Shown here: positions 60,226-64,000 of the stretch, one piece after another
Layout of the letters: every line of letters starts with the position of its first letter
Numbering within the stretch: the stretch's first letter is position 1
Program-made: the position numbers and the translations under genes
The notes under the pieces: model-generated
Databases searched by the model: none
Told to the model about the DNA's origin: nothing
What the model saw: only the letters and a program-made list of their open reading frames with translations
Source of the DNA: Candidatus Eiseniibacteriota bacterium
GTDB lineage: Bacteria; Eisenbacteria; RBG-16-71-46; CAZAMP01
Reading direction: 5' to 3'
Assembly (NCBI GenBank): GCA_965224245.1
Contig: OZ245046.1
Location: 928,001-992,000 of the forward strand
DNA: 64,000 bases

Positions 60226-62685
60226 ATGAAGGCGCGACAGGAAGTACGTGTGAGACCGTTCGCAGCCAACCCAGTGGGGCACGTCGCATGTGTCATGTCG
60301 CTCGCAGGGATCTTCTCCACAGCAGCCTCGGGCGACGGGGAGATCGTCGCGTGGGGATCCAACACCGCCGGACAATGCAACGTACCGGCGACTCTGAACA
60401 CGGGCTACGTCGCCGTCGGGGGAGGAGATTCGTTCAGCCTCGGACTGCAGGGGGATGGATCCGTCGTCGCCTGGGGAGCGAACCACTACGAGCAGTGCGG
60501 CGTACCCACGCCGAGTGGCGACCTCGTGGCCATCGCAGGAGGCATCGACTTCAGCCTCGGCCTCGAGCGCGACGGCTCGATCGTCGCCTGGGGAAGCAAC
60601 GAGCACGGGCAGTGCGACGTGCCGGACGTAGACGCGGTCTTCGTGGCCGTCGCGACGGGTGGCGTCACGCTGCCATACTGGAATGCGCCGGGTGGTGCCT
60701 ACTGGGGCCACGGCCTCGGACTCCAGGCCGACGGCTCGATCCTCGCCTGGGGAGGCGGACCGGGACCTCCACCGGAGCCGAACACCGATTTCGTGGCCGT
60801 CGCGGGAGGTATGGATCACAGCCTGGGACTCAAGGCCGATGGCACGATCGTCGCCTGGGGCTCGGCCTGGCCGGGCCCTCCACCGGGACCGAACGCGGAC
60901 TTCGTGGCCATCGCGGCAGGTGGGGGGGTGGCGCTTGCGAGGCATGGCGTCGTCGGCTCGTTCGGGCACAGCCTCGGTCTCAAAGTCGACGGCTCGATCG
61001 TTGCCTGGGGAGACAATACGTATGGGCAGTGCGACGTACCGGAGCCAAACACGGCATTTGTCGCCGTCTCGGCGGGCGGCGCCCATAGCTTCGGACTCAA
61101 GGCCGACGGTTCGATCGTCGCCTGGGGGAACGACGACTTCGGGCAGTGCGACGTGCCCACGCCGAATGCCGATTTCGTGGCCGTCGAGGCGGGCGGTGTA
61201 TTCGTAGCGGGCTTCCCTGGCTGGACGCGCGATAGCGGGCCGAATGTCGGCCTCAAGGCCGACGGCTCGATCGTCGCCTGGGGAAGCAACGACTTCGGGC
61301 AGTGCAACGTGCCGGCTACCCTGAACGAGGACTACGTGGCCCTCGAGGGAGGTAGCTCCTTCAGTCTCGGACTCCAGGGCGACGGCACCGTCGTTGCCTG
61401 GGGTGACAATCGCGACGGACAGTGCAACGTGCCAGCACCCAGCGCAGATTTCGTCGCGATCGCCGGTGGCGGCAACTCCAGCCTCGGCCTCGCGCTCGAT
61501 GGGGGGATCGTGGCGTGGGGGGGCAACGAGTTCGGCCAGTGCGACGTGCCCGAGCCGAACGCCGACTTCGTGGCCGTCTCGGCGGGCGTGTGGCACAGCC
61601 TGGGGCTCAGGTCCGACCGTACGATCGTGGCCTGGGGGGACAACTACTCCGGACGGTGCGATGTGCCCGAGCCGAACGCCGGCTTGGTGGCGATCGCCGC
61701 GGGGTGGTTTCACAGCATGGGTCTCAGGTCCGACGGGACCATCGCGGCCTGGGGGCATGATGGAGTCGGACAGTGTGACGTGCCGGCGCCGAACGCCGAC
61801 TTCGTGAGGATTGCGGCGGGCCGCCAGCACAGCCTCGGCCTCAAGTCCGACGGTTCGATCGTGGCCTGGGGTGACAACCGCGACGGCCAGTGCGACGTGC
61901 CGGTATCCAATGCGGAGTTCGTCGCGATTGCCGGTGGCGGTGACCACAGTCTGGGCCTCGAGTCCGACGGGACCATCGTGGCGTGGGGGGGCGACGCGTT
62001 CGGCCAGTGCAACGTGCCCGCGCCAAACGCGGACTTCGTGAGGATCGCGGCGGGGACGTTCCACAGCGTGGGGATCAAGGGCGACGCCTCGGTCCGCATA
62101 CTGCAGATGCTGGCGAATCTCCGCTCATCAGTCGCCGCCGCTGAGCTATCCCAGGGTACCGAGCAAAGCCTGCTCGCGAAAGTCGAATCCGTGGAACGAG
62201 CAGTCAATCGCGGGAACGAACGAGCGGCGGGGCGCGTGCTCGACGCATTGGTTCGTCACGTAGAGGCACAGCGAGGGCGTCACATCGACGACCCCGACGC
62301 CGACTCACTGAACCGGTCCGTCCGAGCCATCATTGCACTGCTCGCGTTCGACGCGGGAGACCGCATGGCCGACGGCACGCAGGTGGTGGACGGTGCCGGC
62401 CAGGGGTTCCGCCTCACGGCCAGTGGTCCCAACCCCGTCAGCCACGGGACCGTGATCCGGTACGACCTGATTCGACCGTCGCGCGTCGAGCTTCGCATCT
62501 ACGACGTGCGTGGGCGACTGGTTCGCGCGTACCAGAACGTCGGGATTCACGCTGGCTCCTACGACATGACCTGGGATGGACGTGACGACGCCGGCGTGAG
62601 GGTGGCAGGCGGGACGTACTTCGTGAAGCTGACGGCAGGCGAGGTGACCCGGACGCGGAGGGTGGTGGTTCTGGGCGGGAAGTAG
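60226..62685 (+). CDS. Exported RCC1/BLIP-II-like repeat protein (14 repeats) with FIMAH-like helical domain and FlgD-Ig CTD
   Basis: AGGAG + ATG 60226; 14 [IV][VLA]AWG repeats (G.N..GQC.VP.PN..FVAIA.G..HSLGL..DG); helical SLLAKVESV...VEAQRGRHI; GPNP...WDGRDDAGVRVAGGTYF. Confidence 0.88.
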   Translation: MKARQEVRVRPFAANPVGHVACVMSLAGIFSTAASGDGEIVAWGSNTAGQCNVPATLNTGYVAVGGGDSFSLGLQGDGSVVAWGANHYEQCGVPTPSGDLVAIAGGIDFSLGLERDGSIVAWGSNEHGQCDVPDVDAVFVAVATGGVTLPYWNAPGGAYWGHGLGLQADGSILAWGGGPGPPPEPNTDFVAVAGGMDHSLGLKADGTIVAWGSAWPGPPPGPNADFVAIAAGGGVALARHGVVGSFGHSLGLKVDGSIVAWGDNTYGQCDVPEPNTAFVAVSAGGAHSFGLKADGSIVAWGNDDFGQCDVPTPNADFVAVEAGGVFVAGFPGWTRDSGPNVGLKADGSIVAWGSNDFGQCNVPATLNEDYVALEGGSSFSLGLQGDGTVVAWGDNRDGQCNVPAPSADFVAIAGGGNSSLGLALDGGIVAWGGNEFGQCDVPEPNADFVAVSAGVWHSLGLRSDRTIVAWGDNYSGRCDVPEPNAGLVAIAAGWFHSMGLRSDGTIAAWGHDGVGQCDVPAPNADFVRIAAGRQHSLGLKSDGSIVAWGDNRDGQCDVPVSNAEFVAIAGGGDHSLGLESDGTIVAWGGDAFGQCNVPAPNADFVRIAAGTFHSVGIKGDASVRILQMLANLRSSVAAAELSQGTEQSLLAKVESVERAVNRGNERAAGRVLDALVRHVEAQRGRHIDDPDADSLNRSVRAIIALLAFDAGDRMADGTQVVDGAGQGFRLTASGPNPVSHGTVIRYDLIRPSRVELRIYDVRGRLVRAYQNVGIHAGSYDMTWDGRDDAGVRVAGGTYFVKLTAGEVTRTRRVVVLGGK

Positions 62686-62694
62686 CGGAAGCTC

Positions 62695-62725
62695 CGCCGC
62701 CGGTGGATCTCACGAATCGGCGGCG
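62695..62725 (+). terminator. Possible hairpin after the RCC1-repeat gene
   Basis: CGCCGCCGGT...ATCGGCGGCG stem; no U-tract. Confidence 0.35.
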
Positions 62726-63048
62726 TGATGACTGAGGCATCGACGAACGGCGTTCGAGCCACGGCAGCGTTTCGACCCGGGTTCACTGTTCAGGCACGAG
62801 CCGTCGTGATCGGCTCGACGAGACCAGGTCACGCGGAATCATCCATCCCACAGTGCCCTGTGCGGTTGCGCGGCTTCGACGTCGGCTGTCAGAATAGTTC
62901 CAAAGGTGCGCTAGTCCGGCTCACGTTGCATCCCACCAGCCCGGAGAATCCGGTCGTTCCGGCACCGGTGAAGTCGGTCCTTCACTTCCCGACGGAACCC
63001 CCCCATGGTCGATGTGCGGTGCCGGGCCACAAGGAACTGGAGTCCCGG

Positions 63049-64000
63049 ATGCTCCCGCCTGTTGCTTCCCCCGACCAACATGACGCCGGATCCTCGCGAC
63101 GCGATCTCTGCAATCGGATCGGGGTAGTCCCCTGCATCGTACTGCTCGTCCACGTGGTGGTCGCATCGGCGCGGGCCGGCTCCTACACCGAGGACTTCAC
63201 CACCACGACCTACATGGACCCCGCCGCGACGACGGCGGAGTGGGATACCGCGGGTGGGGAGATCCGATTGCCGGCATTCGCGCCCACGGTTCTCGCGACC
63301 GTCCCCGTGTTTCAACCCCAGGCGATCGCCACCGACGGTGACCTCGCCTACCTCATGGACAACAACGGGAACCTGGTCATCGTGGACATAGTGGTCCCCG
63401 AATCGCCGGTGGTTTGAAACACGCTGCCCCTGGGGACCACCGAGAACGCGGTGGAGGTTTCCGGCAATCTGGCCTACGTCGCATCGTCCACCGATGGGTT
63501 GCGTGTGATCGACGTGCAGTTCCATACGACGGCGGCGCAGCTCGGCTCCACGCCGACCGCACACTGGGCCTGGGACGTATCCGTTCACGGAGACGTGGCC
63601 TACGTGGCCGATGCGGACTCGGGTCTCACCGTGGTGGACGTGACCGTGCCGACGGCGCCCTCCGTCGTGGGTCGCGCCTCCCTGGGTGATCGATGCCGGG
63701 CCGTCGCGGTCGAAGGCGATCGCGCTTACGCGACATTCGAGGATTCGGGGCTGGTGGTATTCGACGTCGGGGACCCGGCCAGCCCCACCGTGATCGCGAC
63801 CCTGCCGCTGAGCAGCAACCTGCCCCGTGACGTCGCCGTTCTGGGAAACCGCGCGTATGTCGCTGATCTCGTCGATGGCCTGGTGATCGTGGATGTGACC
63901 GATCCCGCGTCTCCGGTGCAGCTCGGGTCGGTCCGGCCCGGCGGGAATCCGAAGTGCCTGGAGGTGAACGGGCATCTGGTCTACCTGGGCGACGGAGCCA
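63049..64000 (+). pseudogene. LVIVD-repeat exported protein with in-frame TGA at 63415-63417; runs off the right edge
   Basis: ATG 63049, signal ending ASARA, GSYTEDFTTTTYMD module; after ESPVV* the same frame continues NTLPLGTTENAVEVSGNLAYVASSTDGLRVIDV... with no further stop. Confidence 0.8.

Noticed and set aside
63415-63417. TGA as selenocysteine or genetic-code reassignment
   Set aside because: The position is not a Cys/redox site, no obvious SECIS follows, and TGA terminates many intact genes here.

Overview
GC-rich (roughly two-thirds G+C by eye) bacterial accessory region with no rRNA, tRNA, CRISPR or core housekeeping genes. Most of it encodes exported proteins. Thirteen genes or gene relics end in a FlgD-Ig-like/T9SS-type C-terminal domain (PNPF...IYD..GR.VRTL...WDG.D..G..V..GVYF.R). 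Three others end in a short [TS]W[GAS]x[ILM]K tail. This combination suggests an FCB-superphylum candidate lineage such as Eisenbacteria, Krumholzibacteria or Latescibacteria (inference only). The cargo includes six 14-repeat (2x7) beta-propeller proteins built from four unrelated repeat families, beta-helix proteins, a LamG/Ig adhesin, an S8 protease and a pentaheme c-type cytochrome. The best candidate for an undescribed system is an operon at 14538-20229: ECF sigma factor, membrane Ser/Thr kinase with an extracytoplasmic DUF4384-like domain, and an exported TPR-CHAT caspase-like protease. The kinase ectodomain and the protease catalytic domain share an RGIGG motif. The region is in turnover: one intact IS481-like element, IS3/IS200/IS110 relics, frameshifted or nonsense pseudogenes, chimeric junctions, and a 57-58 nt structured direct repeat bracketing the cytochrome locus. 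All domain calls are by-eye motif recognition, not database searches.
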